From an uncultured Dehalococcoidaceae bacterium (lineage in GTDB: Bacteria > Chloroflexota > Dehalococcoidia > Dehalococcoidales > RBG-16-60-22), in the NCBI GenBank assembly GCA_964468755.1, contig CAYXWH010000002.1, positions 5,444 to 69,443 of the forward strand: a stretch of DNA of 64,000 nt, read 5' to 3'. Below the pieces are notes generated by a model that was given only the letters and a program-made list of their open reading frames with translations, had not been told where the DNA came from and made no database searches. The first letter of the stretch is position 1; every line of letters begins with the position of its first letter. A program made the position numbers and the translations under genes. Below, piece after piece: positions 36,005-45,347 of this stretch.

Positions 36005-37161
36005 CAGACTCCTTTAACGAGTTCCATAACCGTTTCTCTTGCCCAACTATCCGCCGCCATTATCTCCTCTATGCCCGGGCTGGCCACCGCCTGGTGCCGT
36101 TCCAGCACCTGCTCAACAAGCCGGGCAATATCAACAAAGCCGACCCGTTGCGCAAGGAAAAGCTCAACCGCCACTTCGTCGGCGCCACAGAGCACCGCCG
36201 GGTACGTACCCCCCGCCCTGCCAGCCTCGATAGCCAGTCGCAGGCACGGGTACTTAGCCAGGTCCGGCGGTGCCAGTTCCAGGCGTTTTATGTTATCCCA
36301 GTCAAGCCGCGGTAGCCCGGCATTCGCCAGGCGATCAGGGTAGGACAGCGCATACTGAATGGGCAGTCGCATGTCCGGGTAGCTAAGCTGAGCCTTTATC
36401 GAGCCGTCGACAAACTCCACCATGGAGTGTATGATGCTCTGGCGATGAACCAGTACCTCGATGCGGTCAAACGGCACATCGAAGAGCCAGTGAGCTTCGA
36501 TTATCTCAAGCCCTTTGTTCATCAAGGTCGCCGAATCAATGGTGACCTTCTTCCCCATCCGCCACGAGGGATGTTTCAGTGCCTGCTCGACGGTTACTTC
36601 CTGAAGCTGTTCCGGTGAAAAATCACGGAAGGAGCCTCCTGAAGCGGTCAGTATCAGGCTTTTCACCCCCTGACTCTCACCGTTGAGGCACTGCCAGATA
36701 GCGCTGTGTTCACTATCCACGGGCAGAACCTGCGCTCCGCTCCGCCTTGCCTCGCTCATAATGATGCCGCCCGCCATCACCAGCGACTCCTTGTTAGCCA
36801 GAGCAACCGTCTTACCCGCGCTGACCGCCGCCAGTACCGGCTCCAGTCCCGCCTTTCCCGAGGTAGCCACCACCACGGTATCCACCCGGGGATGGGTAGC
36901 CATGTCTTCCATTGAACGGAACTCACGGTCACCTTGAGCCAGGATGTCCGGGAGCTTCCTCTTATCATGCATCAAAGAAGAAAAATAGACAAACTCCGGC
37001 TGGAATTCCTCAATCTGCCCGGCGAGTACATCTACCCGGTTGCCGGCAGCCAGCGCCACCACACGGAACCGTTCCGGAAAGGCACGAACTACTTCCAGTG
37101 TCTGCCGCCCTATTGAGCCGGTTGAACCCAGGATTGCCAATCGCTTTACCGGACTACTCAT
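36001..37161 (-). CDS. dxr: 1-deoxy-D-xylulose 5-phosphate reductoisomerase
   Basis: KRLAILGSTGSIGRQTLEV N-terminus, LANKESLV and DSEHSAI motifs. ATG 37161 is preferred over the 24-aa longer hydrophobic extension in the ORF track. Confidence 0.9.
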   Translation of the reverse strand: MSSPVKRLAILGSTGSIGRQTLEVVRAFPERFRVVALAAGNRVDVLAGQIEEFQPEFVYFSSLMHDKRKLPDILAQGDREFRSMEDMATHPRVDTVVVATSGKAGLEPVLAAVSAGKTVALANKESLVMAGGIIMSEARRSGAQVLPVDSEHSAIWQCLNGESQGVKSLILTASGGSFRDFSPEQLQEVTVEQALKHPSWRMGKKVTIDSATLMNKGLEIIEAHWLFDVPFDRIEVLVHRQSIIHSMVEFVDGSIKAQLSYPDMRLPIQYALSYPDRLANAGLPRLDWDNIKRLELAPPDLAKYPCLRLAIEAGRAGGTYPAVLCGADEVAVELFLAQRVGFVDIARLVEQVLERHQAVASPGIEEIMAADSWARETVMELVKGVC

Positions 37162-37260
37162 AACCACTATTATAAACCAACTGAGTTCGAACTTAAACCG
37201 ACACAGCCAGGTAAAGCCCAATCTGACCAGCATCAGCCAGGAGAACTATCATAAAAGTAA

Positions 37261-37293
37261 GGGGGGACGGCAGCCCGGGCTACCGTTCCCCCC
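37261..37293 (-). terminator. Rho-independent terminator ending the crp-fdx-small protein operon
   Basis: GGGGGGACGG (37261-37270) pairs with CCGT(T)CCCCCC (37283-37293), giving 10 bp with a 1-nt bulge. On the minus strand it is followed by TTACTTTTAT. Confidence 0.55.
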
Positions 37294-37322
37294 GGAAAAT
37301 GATAATGAAAGTATAATAAACG

Positions 37323-37598
37323 CTACACCGCTAACGCGGCATTTTCATCAGCTAACTCCGAATCTACCGGTTCCTGCTCACGGTCAATATCCTGTCGGTC
37401 AGGAATCTCGGACTCCTCGCTTTCCCGCTTGAAATAGGAAAACTGGGGAAAAGAGTTGTAAAAAATCCTCTCGGCACCACAGAGCTTACAGACACCCTTG
37501 CTGGTGGAACCGTTGGCTTCCTCGATTGCCCAGTGGTGTTGGCATTCTACGGCTGGCTCATTTCCGGTTAATGTTTCTTTAACCATAGTGACCATCAC
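37323..37598 (-). CDS. Hypothetical small Cys/His protein with acidic C-terminal tail
   Basis: 91 aa. ECQHHW...GVCKLCG suggests a zinc-binding knuckle. The C-terminal third is Glu/Asp rich. Last gene of the crp-fdx unit. I recognise no family. Confidence 0.45.
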   Translation of the reverse strand: MMVTMVKETLTGNEPAVECQHHWAIEEANGSTSKGVCKLCGAERIFYNSFPQFSYFKRESEESEIPDRQDIDREQEPVDSELADENAALAV

Positions 37599-37776
37599 CC
37601 ACCTCCCCTTACCTTATTTACCTATTTTATGTCAGTAGAAACCTTTTTGTATGCGACTTTTGTCTCAACAGATAGAAATGGAAAGACAGGCACTGACACG
37701 GGTAAAAAAGCAAGCAGCTAAGCGAGCAAGCGGAATAAAAGGTGAGGTAGCGTAATTATGAGGTCACCATTGATGG

Positions 37777-37995
37777 CTATATCCCCTCGATGACTACATC
37801 AAAGGGATAACTGATGGCTCCGGTGGGACAGACCAGCTCACAGAGGGCACACCAGTGTGTGCAGCCTCGACATTCTGGCTTGATGTTCAGTGTTGCCACA
37901 TTGTCAACAATTGCCAGCACGCCGCAGTGACACACCTCCACGCAGAGTCCGCAACCGTTACACCTGGCACGTTCTATTATCGGTATTTCCGCCAT
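37777..37995 (-). CDS. 2x[4Fe-4S] ferredoxin
   Basis: CNGCGLCVEVC and CxxCxxWCALCELVCP cluster motifs in 72 aa. Confidence 0.8.
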   Translation of the reverse strand: MAEIPIIERARCNGCGLCVEVCHCGVLAIVDNVATLNIKPECRGCTHWCALCELVCPTGAISYPFDVVIEGI

Positions 37996-38058
37996 TATTT
38001 TCCATCCCCGTCATCTTAATAGTAGGACAGCCCCGTTTCACCGTCTATGACCTTTGTC

Positions 38059-38730
38059 TCACCAAGCTGTCCCCGTTCTTCTCTGAAGTGCTTCGCTATC
38101 GACAACTATAATCCGATGGTTGTCCAGCCTGATAGCCCCCTCCCCCTCAAGAACTTTAAGCGACCTCCCCACCATCTCCCGGGCCGTGCCGGCTATGGCC
38201 GCCATCTCCTGCTGGGTGAGCCGGGGCCTTTCCCCAGAGCCATCGGCGGCATATTCAAGGAGGAGCCTGGCAACCCTGCCAATCACGTTGCGGAATGATA
38301 AGTCCTCTACCAGCAAGAGCAATTGCTGTACCCGCTGCGATAAAACCTGAATCAGGTTTCGAGCTACCCTGGGTATACTGCGCAGGATAACCTCCAGGTC
38401 ACTCTTTCTCAGCCCGTATAAGACCACCGAACCCATGGCGGCGGCACTCGCCAGGTTTGTCCCACCGCTAAAGACCGGGACATCATTAAAAGACTCACCG
38501 GGACGAATGAGCTGAAGAATCTGCTCCTTGCCATCCGCCGAGGTCTTAAAAACCTTCACCACACCGGAGGTAACAAAATACAACTCTTTTGCCGGTTCAT
38601 CTTCAAAGAGAATAACCTCCCCCCTCACCACCATTTTTTCGAAGACAGCCCTTTTAACCTCATCCAGTTCGGAGGTACCCAATCCCGAGAAATATGGTAC
38701 CTTGGCTAAAAATTCTGTCTGAACTGCCAT
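38059..38730 (-). CDS. Crp/Fnr family transcriptional regulator
   Basis: cNMP-binding-like beta-roll (VPYFSGL...GEVILFEDEPAKELYFVTSGVVKV) and a C-terminal HTH (LTQQEMAAIAGTAREMVGRSLKVLE). ATG 38730 is preceded by GGGGGAAAG. There is no N-terminal Cys cluster. Confidence 0.8.
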   Translation of the reverse strand: MAVQTEFLAKVPYFSGLGTSELDEVKRAVFEKMVVRGEVILFEDEPAKELYFVTSGVVKVFKTSADGKEQILQLIRPGESFNDVPVFSGGTNLASAAAMGSVVLYGLRKSDLEVILRSIPRVARNLIQVLSQRVQQLLLLVEDLSFRNVIGRVARLLLEYAADGSGERPRLTQQEMAAIAGTAREMVGRSLKVLEGEGAIRLDNHRIIVVDSEALQRRTGTAW

Positions 38731-38918
38731 CTTTCCCCCGGTATACATTGTCATAAGCGACCCCGGATTGCCTGCATGATTATAGCAACCAATGCCTCGG
38801 TACCGCAAAATAGAAGAGCCGGTCATGAGCCGGCCCTATAATCTAACCAGTAACTTCATGGTGAATAGCGCCTTATAGTTCCATTACCAGCGACGTTATG
38901 GGCAGGTCAGGATCCGGT

Positions 38919-39188
38919 TCATGGTCGGTTCTGACTCTCATTCTCCGGCAGTGACACGGTCCCCTGCTGCAAAACCAGGGAAAGTATTTCTCCCACCAGT
39001 CCACGGTCAGCAGCATCATATGAGGAGAGAATAATATGGCCTAAAGCCTCGTCATCTCCATTAGCAGCTTTGAGCACATGCTCTTTCAGTAACTGCCGCT
39101 CTTTATCAGGCATGCCTTGCAGTCTGTCCACTAAACGGAGGGCTTTGGTAAGGTTTTGCTTGCTACTCATCGTAACCAGACAGCTCAA
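38919..39188 (-). CDS. Hypothetical protein
   Basis: 89-aa ORF (or 83 aa from ATG 39170). No recognisable motifs. Followed on the minus strand by a weak GCCGG/CCGGC hairpin with a T-rich tail at 38818-38834. Confidence 0.35.
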   Translation of the reverse strand: MSCLVTMSSKQNLTKALRLVDRLQGMPDKERQLLKEHVLKAANGDDEALGHIILSSYDAADRGLVGEILSLVLQQGTVSLPENESQNRP

Positions 39189-39358
39189 TCTTCTGAATTA
39201 TTCACTCTTATATTATTATAAAGAAAATTGTTAATTTATTATTAAGAATCTCATATACCCAATTTTGTTCACATTATAATCAGGAAGATACGTAAAATAT
39301 GCGACATTCATCACACTTCCGCTTCAAAATCGAAAAAATATGCGGCAGGCGTGCTGAA

Positions 39359-39387
39359 TTGAAGCCACAGCGATTTTGCTATATAAT
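39359..39387 (+). promoter_or_regulatory. Sigma70-type promoter (TTGAAG-17-TATAAT)
   Basis: TTGAAG at 39359-39364, a 17-nt spacer, then TATAAT at 39382-39387. It lies inside the longer track ORF, which supports ATG 39416 as the start. Confidence 0.5.
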
Positions 39388-39415
39388 AGTGATGTTCACT
39401 TCAATAGGAGATCCG

Positions 39416-40204
39416 ATGAGTTTGCTCATTGACAAATTGAAACTGGTCACGAAGGCTACCCCTCAGCCAATGGGGTTCCAAACTACCAAATCAGCCTCGT
39501 CACCGCCCAAAATGCTGCTCATCGCCGGTTTGTCGCCGACCAGAGCCTCCGCTGCAGTCGATTATGTAAGCGGGGCTGATGCGGTCCTGTTCCGTCCCAG
39601 TCGTGGCACGGCAGGGCCCAGAGCTTTAAACCGGCTCACTCAGTCCCTGCCCGAGATTCCGTGGGGCAGGTGGCTGGAACACGCTAGCCAGGAAGATATG
39701 AAAAAGACGATCGATACCGGCTGCGACTTTGTGGTCTTCCCGGCAAGCAGCACCCTCGCTCTCACCAATCATGGTGAGAAAGTGGGCAAGATTTTACAGG
39801 TGGAGTCTTCACTCAGCACTGACTTGCTCCGAACGGTGAATGAACTGCCGGTGGACGCGGTGCTGGCTACCATTGAGGGCGAGGTTGAACCCGTCCTTAC
39901 CTGGTATCACCTTATGACTTTCCAGCGCTTTGCCCGTCTGATAACCAAGCCATTGCTGGCCTGGGTGCCACTCAAGATAACCGCCAGGGAGGTCCGGGCT
40001 ATGTGGGAGGCAGGCGTGGATGGTGTCGTGGCACCGGCCGGTACCGAGGAGTCTGCTGGCCTGCTCCAAAAGCTGCGCCGGGCAATTGATGACCTGGATA
40101 AGCTGCCGCCACGGAGATGGGGTAAGGCTGAGGTCTTACTGCCCCGCCCACAACCGGAAAGAGATTCCGTGGAAGAAGTCGAGGAAGAAGAGGAAGAAGA
40201 CTAA
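39416..40204 (+). CDS. Hypothetical protein with poly-Glu C-terminal tail
   Basis: 262 aa from ATG 39416 (SD GGAG). Alternating strand/helix-like pattern (GADAVLF, CDFVVFPA, VDAVLATIEG, GVDGVVAP) hints at a TIM-barrel-like fold. Ends VEEVEEEEEED. I recognise no family. Confidence 0.5.
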   Translation: MSLLIDKLKLVTKATPQPMGFQTTKSASSPPKMLLIAGLSPTRASAAVDYVSGADAVLFRPSRGTAGPRALNRLTQSLPEIPWGRWLEHASQEDMKKTIDTGCDFVVFPASSTLALTNHGEKVGKILQVESSLSTDLLRTVNELPVDAVLATIEGEVEPVLTWYHLMTFQRFARLITKPLLAWVPLKITAREVRAMWEAGVDGVVAPAGTEESAGLLQKLRRAIDDLDKLPPRRWGKAEVLLPRPQPERDSVEEVEEEEEED

Positions 40205-40242
40205 CCGTTTATTCAGTAGTCTTGCCCCTCATCCGGCTAACT

Positions 40243-41388
40243 CTAGTGCCCCGATTGCAGTATCTGCCACGATTTGCCCTCGGTAGTAATCGCCGGGGCA
40301 ATTACCATTTCCACCTGGTGCATTTCCTGAATGTTAGCCGCGCCACAGACACCCATTGCCGTACGCAGCGCTCCCACCAGGTTCTGGCTGCCGTCGGTAA
40401 CCGATGTAGGCCCGAAGAGAATCTGCTCCAGCGTACCGGTAATGCCAACCTTTATCCGGGTCCCCCGGGGTAACGCCGGGTGGGGATTAGACATACCCCA
40501 GTGATAACCCTTCCCCGGGGCTTCCTCAGCCTGCGCAAATACCGAGCCCAGCATCACCGCGTCCGCCCCGGCAACAATGGCTTTACAGACATCCCCACCC
40601 TTGCGAAAACCGCCGTCGGTAATAATCGGCACATACCGCCCCGATTCCTTCTGGTAGGCGTCCCGTGCTGCCGCACAATCGATTGTTGCCGTTATCTGCG
40701 GGACTCCAACGCCGAGGACTTCCCGGGTGGTACAGGCAGCTCCCGGTCCCACCCCAACCAGCATCGCCGAGACACCGGTCCGCATCAGTTCCAGGCAGGC
40801 ACCATAGCTGACACAGTTGCCGACGACTACCGGTATCTTCATTGATTGGCAGAGTTCGGTAAAGATTAACCCCCGGAAGCTCTTGGAGATATGCCGGGCA
40901 CTGGTCACCGTTGACTGCACCACGAAGACATCGGCACCGGTTTCCGCCGCCAGGGGAGCAAAACGCTTGGTAGTAGCTGGTGTTGCCGAGATCGCACAGA
41001 TAGCCCCCGCCTTTTTAATCGCCTGCACCCGTTCCGCAACAAGGTTTTCCCTGATTTTCTGGGAGTAGACCTTTTGTAGCAGGGGGGTTACCTTTTCTGA
41101 AGGGGTCTGCACAATCTCCTGCAGTATCTCTTCAGGCTTGTCATAACGGGTTTGTACCCCCTCCAGGTTGAGTACAGCCAGTCCACCCAACTCTCCCATC
41201 CGTATGGCAAAATTCACATCGGTAACCCCATCCATTGATGCCGCGATAATGGGAATAGAAAACGTAAGGTTATCTATCTTGAAATCAACGCTGGTCTGGT
41301 CAGGATTAATGGTAACATCACCGGGTACAATGGCTACTTCATCAAAACCATAGGAATGACGGAGCTGTTTGAACTGGGGTACGGTCAT
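40243..41388 (-). CDS. IMP dehydrogenase/GMP reductase family protein lacking CBS domains
   Basis: [20 protein letters not shown] and the active-site loop [11 protein letters not shown]. 381 aa with no CBS insert. Confidence 0.8.
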   Translation of the reverse strand: MTVPQFKQLRHSYGFDEVAIVPGDVTINPDQTSVDFKIDNLTFSIPIIAASMDGVTDVNFAIRMGELGGLAVLNLEGVQTRYDKPEEILQEIVQTPSEKVTPLLQKVYSQKIRENLVAERVQAIKKAGAICAISATPATTKRFAPLAAETGADVFVVQSTVTSARHISKSFRGLIFTELCQSMKIPVVVGNCVSYGACLELMRTGVSAMLVGVGPGAACTTREVLGVGVPQITATIDCAAARDAYQKESGRYVPIITDGGFRKGGDVCKAIVAGADAVMLGSVFAQAEEAPGKGYHWGMSNPHPALPRGTRIKVGITGTLEQILFGPTSVTDGSQNLVGALRTAMGVCGAANIQEMHQVEMVIAPAITTEGKSWQILQSGH

Positions 41389-41414
41389 TTATTTATCTCC
41401 CTTTTTAAAGAATA

Positions 41415-41444
41415 ACTATACCAAAATTTGGTGTGTCACGTCAA
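41415..41444 (-). promoter_or_regulatory. Sigma70-type promoter for the IMPDH-family gene (TTGACG-18-TGgTATAGT)
   Basis: The minus strand reads TTGACG (41444-41439), an 18-nt spacer ending in TGG, then TATAGT (41420-41415). Confidence 0.45.
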
Positions 41445-41485
41445 GAAAATATGCTATTTGACTGTGCGTCGCCCGGGAACCAAGC

Positions 41486-41514
41486 TAGACAGCCACAGAG
41501 GGGTGGGTTATAAT
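41486..41514 (+). promoter_or_regulatory. Sigma70-type promoter for rsmI (TAGACA-17-TATAAT)
   Basis: TAGACA at 41486-41491, a 17-nt spacer, then TATAAT at 41509-41514. Confidence 0.4.
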
Positions 41515-41576
41515 GAATAAAGTCAGTTCTGATAGCTACTACCTGGTTACTGGCTCAATTAAGAAAGGTAAAACGA

Positions 41577-42440
41577 ATGCCGGCTCTTTACGTCGTGGCG
41601 ACTCCCATTGGCAACCTGGAAGATATCTCCATGCGTGCTCTGCGTACGCTGCGAGAGGTTATGCTCATTGCTGCCGAAGACACGCGGAAAACGAAGCGCC
41701 TTCTCAATTATTATGATATCAAGACCCCGCTGACCAGCTATCATGAGCATAATAAAATGGCGAAGCTGGACTACCTGCTGAGCCTCCTGGATCAGGGTGA
41801 CGTAGCCCTTGTCTCGGACGCGGGTACGCCGGGGCTATCCGATCCCGGCTATGAGCTAATCGTAGCCACGCACCAGCGGGGTATTCCGGTGGTTCCCGTT
41901 CCCGGTCCTTCCGCCATTATTACGGCACTGGCTATCTCCGGATTGGCTACCGACCGGTTCACTTTCCTCGGCTTCATGCCCCATAAAACCGGCGCCAGAA
42001 AACGCGCCCTGGAATCGGTGGCTGATGTTTCAACCACCCTGGTAATTCTGGAAGCGCCCCACCGGATACCGGAGACACTGCACGATATCATGCAGATACT
42101 GGGCGACCGTAAGCTGGCGGTATGCCGGGAACTGACCAAGCTCCACGAAGAAATTTTCCGGGGCACGGTCAGCCAGGCAATGGAGCACTTTACCCAGCCG
42201 AAAGGAGAATTCACCATCGTCATCGAGGGCAAACCGGAGCCAGATAAACCGGAGATGACTGAAGATATCAAACAGCAGCTCTATGAGTTATACCTGTCCG
42301 GGGTCAAAGCCAAACAGGCCGTGACCACGCTGGCTGCCAAAACCGGCCTGTCCCGTAAGGAGCTTTACCAGACCTGGCTACGGTTAGATAAAACGTGGGA
42401 CAGAGCAAATAATCCATGCCGAAACACGGGGAGGAGTTAA
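41577..42440 (+). CDS. rsmI: 16S rRNA (cytidine1402-2'-O)-methyltransferase
   Basis: LYVVATPIGNLEDISMRALRTLREV and the tetrapyrrole-methylase-fold signature. 287 aa. Confidence 0.85.
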   Translation: MPALYVVATPIGNLEDISMRALRTLREVMLIAAEDTRKTKRLLNYYDIKTPLTSYHEHNKMAKLDYLLSLLDQGDVALVSDAGTPGLSDPGYELIVATHQRGIPVVPVPGPSAIITALAISGLATDRFTFLGFMPHKTGARKRALESVADVSTTLVILEAPHRIPETLHDIMQILGDRKLAVCRELTKLHEEIFRGTVSQAMEHFTQPKGEFTIVIEGKPEPDKPEMTEDIKQQLYELYLSGVKAKQAVTTLAAKTGLSRKELYQTWLRLDKTWDRANNPCRNTGRS

Positions 42441-42443
42441 ACT

Positions 42444-42662
42444 ATGCGTCGTGGGTGTATATCTCTAGGCGAAGTCCGATGTGATCAGTGCCAGCGGACT
42501 ATTCCCTATCCGGAACGTTACCTGATCGTTGATGAGAAGGATGGCATTGAAGATGAAGAGGGAGAGACTCGCCGATACTGTATCGAGTGCAGTCTGAACA
42601 AGGGCTATGCTCACTATAAAGTGGAGAAAGGTGAGCAAATACTGACCTTTTTCCCGGAGTAA
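42444..42662 (+). CDS. Hypothetical zinc-ribbon protein
   Basis: 72 aa with a CDQC...CIEC pair. Tightly packed between rsmI and metG. Confidence 0.45.
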   Translation: MRRGCISLGEVRCDQCQRTIPYPERYLIVDEKDGIEDEEGETRRYCIECSLNKGYAHYKVEKGEQILTFFPE

Positions 42663-42695
42663 TCTTTGATTTTCATCCCGGTTTAGGAAACATTC

Positions 42696-44378
42696 ATGAG
42701 AGAAAAAATTTTTATCGGCGTTGCCTGGCCTTATGCCAATGGCTCGCTGCATCTGGGACAGATTGCCGGCGCGTACCTGCCCGCCGACATCTTTGCCCGC
42801 TACCACCGCATCAAAGGGAACGAGGTGCTCATGGTATCCGGCGCCGACCAGCACGGCACGCCGATAACCATCAAGGCAGAACAGGAAGGGAGAACGCCCG
42901 CCGAAATCGCCGCCTACTATCAGGACGAATTCCTCGATTCCTGGCAAAAACTCGGTATATCCTTTGATTTATTTACCACCACCGGCACCGCCAATCATGC
43001 CGAGGTAACCCAGGATATTTTCCTTACCCTGCTCAACAACGGTTACATTTTCCGCGACACGGTGTCACAGGCATTCTGTCCTCACTGCCAGCGTTTCCTG
43101 CCTGACCGTTATATCAACGGGACCTGCCCTTATTGTCAATCAACCCGGGCTCGAGGCGACCAGTGTGACGACTGTGGTAAACCGTTGAATCCGGGGGAAC
43201 TGATTGAGGCGAGATGCTGCATCTGCGACTCGGCTCCCGAATTTCGTGACACCGAGCACTTCTTCCTTAAACTCAGCGCATTCCAGGACAGGCTTTCCCA
43301 ATGGGTAAGCCAGCAGGAACTATGGCGCCCGAACGTCTACAGTCTCTCCCGGCGCTATCTCAACGAGGGAATGAAAGACCGGGCAATTACCCGCGATATC
43401 GACTGGGGAATTCCGGTGCCGGTCGCCGGCTTCGAACATAAGCGTATCTATGTATGGTTTGAAGCCGTAATCGGATACTTTTCGGCCAGCAAGGAATGGG
43501 CCCGGCAAAACCGGAACGACGAGAAGTGGCGCCCCTTCTGGGAAAAAGACAGTCAGGCCAGGAGCTACTATTTCATCGGCAAGGACAATATTCCCTTCCA
43601 TACCCTCATCTGGCCGGCGATGCTTATGGGCTATAATGATACCCTCAATCTCCCTTATGACGTGCCGGCGAACGAATTTTTAACCATCGAGGGAAGAAAA
43701 CTGTCCACCAGCCAGAACTGGGCAGTCTGGCTACCGGACTACCTCTCGCGCTATGACCCTGACCCGCTGCGTTATATCCTCTCCATCAATATGCCGGAGA
43801 CCGGCGATACCGATTTTTCCTGGCGCGAGTTTGTCCGCCGCAACAATGACGAGCTGGTGGCTACCTATGGTAACCTGGTCAACAGGGTACTCACCTTCGT
43901 CTATAAGAATTTTAACGGGCAATTGCCCACGCATGAAGAGATGGGAACCAGCGGGAACAGTGAAAAAACACCATTGGAAGTAGATGCCGGTACCGCTTTC
44001 AAATCCGTAGCGACAGAGCTTGACCAGTGCCATTTCAAGTCGGCTCTCAATCAAACAATGAGTATCGCCCACCAGGCTAACCGATTCCTTGAGCAGACAT
44101 CACCCTGGAAAACAATTAAAGAAGACCGCCAGGCGGCTGCCCGGGCTCTATATAGCACCATTACCGTTATCTCTCAATTAAAAACCATGCTTTACCCCTT
44201 CCTTCCCTTTAGCTCGCAGAAGGTGCATGAGTACCTTGGTTTTGAAGGCAAAGTAGAGGACTACGGCTGGCAGCTACAGACACCGGTGCCCGGACAAAAG
44301 CTGCTCAAACCTCAACCGCTGTTCACCAAACTGGATGAAAGCGTGGTAGACGAGGAGGCCAGACGTATTGGAACTTAA
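42696..44378 (+). CDS. metG: Methionyl-tRNA synthetase (no C-terminal tRNA-binding appendage)
   Basis: PYANGSLHLGQ (HIGH-type), zinc knuckles CPHC/CPYC/CDDCG/CCIC and a KLSTS (KMSKS-type) motif. 560 aa. Confidence 0.9.
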   Translation: MREKIFIGVAWPYANGSLHLGQIAGAYLPADIFARYHRIKGNEVLMVSGADQHGTPITIKAEQEGRTPAEIAAYYQDEFLDSWQKLGISFDLFTTTGTANHAEVTQDIFLTLLNNGYIFRDTVSQAFCPHCQRFLPDRYINGTCPYCQSTRARGDQCDDCGKPLNPGELIEARCCICDSAPEFRDTEHFFLKLSAFQDRLSQWVSQQELWRPNVYSLSRRYLNEGMKDRAITRDIDWGIPVPVAGFEHKRIYVWFEAVIGYFSASKEWARQNRNDEKWRPFWEKDSQARSYYFIGKDNIPFHTLIWPAMLMGYNDTLNLPYDVPANEFLTIEGRKLSTSQNWAVWLPDYLSRYDPDPLRYILSINMPETGDTDFSWREFVRRNNDELVATYGNLVNRVLTFVYKNFNGQLPTHEEMGTSGNSEKTPLEVDAGTAFKSVATELDQCHFKSALNQTMSIAHQANRFLEQTSPWKTIKEDRQAAARALYSTITVISQLKTMLYPFLPFSSQKVHEYLGFEGKVEDYGWQLQTPVPGQKLLKPQPLFTKLDESVVDEEARRIGT

Positions 44379-45339
44379 CCAGATTTATCAGTCCATACAG
44401 GACGACCTGAATAAGGTCAAGGACGGGATCATTTCCATCAGTGAGATTGATTTCTCATGGCTCTCCGAGCAGCTGCACTATGTGGTGAGGAATAGCGGCA
44501 AGGGGGTACGGCCGGCGCTTACTCTCCTTACCGGCAAGTTTTACCAGTATGACCTTACCTATCTGCTCCCCATGTCAGTTTCGGTTGAGCTGATGCACAC
44601 GGCAACCCTGATTCACGATGATGCTATCGATAATGCCGTAGTCCGCCGTAATCAGCCCACTATCAATACCCTGTGGGGTAAGGATGTCGCCATACTGATG
44701 GGCGACTACCTGTTCGCCAAAGCTGGCGAGTTTGTTGCCGATACCCGGACACCCCGGGTAATCAAGCTCTTCTCACAAACGCTGGCAATTATTTCCAGCG
44801 GAGAAATAAGCCAGTTCCGCGGAGCTTATAATCTGGAGATGTCCCGGGAAAACTATTTCCCGAGGATAGCCAGCAAGACAGCTTCACTGTTTGCCCTGGC
44901 TACGGAATCCGGCGCCATTCTGAGCCAGGCACCGGAACAAGCGGTTGCCGTGCTACGTGATTACGGCCATAATCTCGGTATCGCTTTTCAAATTGTCGAC
45001 GATATCCTGGACTTTATCAGCGACGAAAAAACACTGGGTAAACCGGTGGGCTCAGACCTCACCCAGGGCACCCTCACCTTGCCCGCCATGCTCCTTCTGG
45101 AACGGTATCCTGACAATAACCCGGTCAGTAGTATTTTTAAGAACAGAGATGACACGGACAGGAAAAGCATGGAAACTGCGATTGAAATGGTGCGAAATTC
45201 AACAATCGTCGATGATTGCTATCAGGTAGCCTCAGAGTACCGGGCAAAGGCATGCCAGAAACTTCACACTCTACCGGATAATCCGGTGCGGCAGACGCTG
45301 GTTGACCTTGCCGATTACGTTATCAAGCGCAAGGACTAG
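44368..45339 (+). CDS. Polyprenyl diphosphate synthase (trans-IPPS, hepta/octaprenyl type)
   Basis: First and second Asp-rich motifs LIHDDAIDN and FQIVDDILD. TTG start 9 nt after GAGGAGG. Overlaps the metG end by 11 nt. Confidence 0.85.
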   Translation: MELNQIYQSIQDDLNKVKDGIISISEIDFSWLSEQLHYVVRNSGKGVRPALTLLTGKFYQYDLTYLLPMSVSVELMHTATLIHDDAIDNAVVRRNQPTINTLWGKDVAILMGDYLFAKAGEFVADTRTPRVIKLFSQTLAIISSGEISQFRGAYNLEMSRENYFPRIASKTASLFALATESGAILSQAPEQAVAVLRDYGHNLGIAFQIVDDILDFISDEKTLGKPVGSDLTQGTLTLPAMLLLERYPDNNPVSSIFKNRDDTDRKSMETAIEMVRNSTIVDDCYQVASEYRAKACQKLHTLPDNPVRQTLVDLADYVIKRKD

Positions 45340-45347
45340 CCCGGCCA

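Noticed and set aside
38901-38922. GGCAGGTCAGGATCCGGTTCA, which resembles the SRP (4.5S) RNA helix-8 sequence CAGGUCAGGUCCGGAAGGAAGCAGCC.
   Set aside because: The similarity stops before the conserved GGAAGCAGCC. The segment overlaps the stop and 3' flank of an ORF (38919-39188), and no complementary strand of the helix is present.
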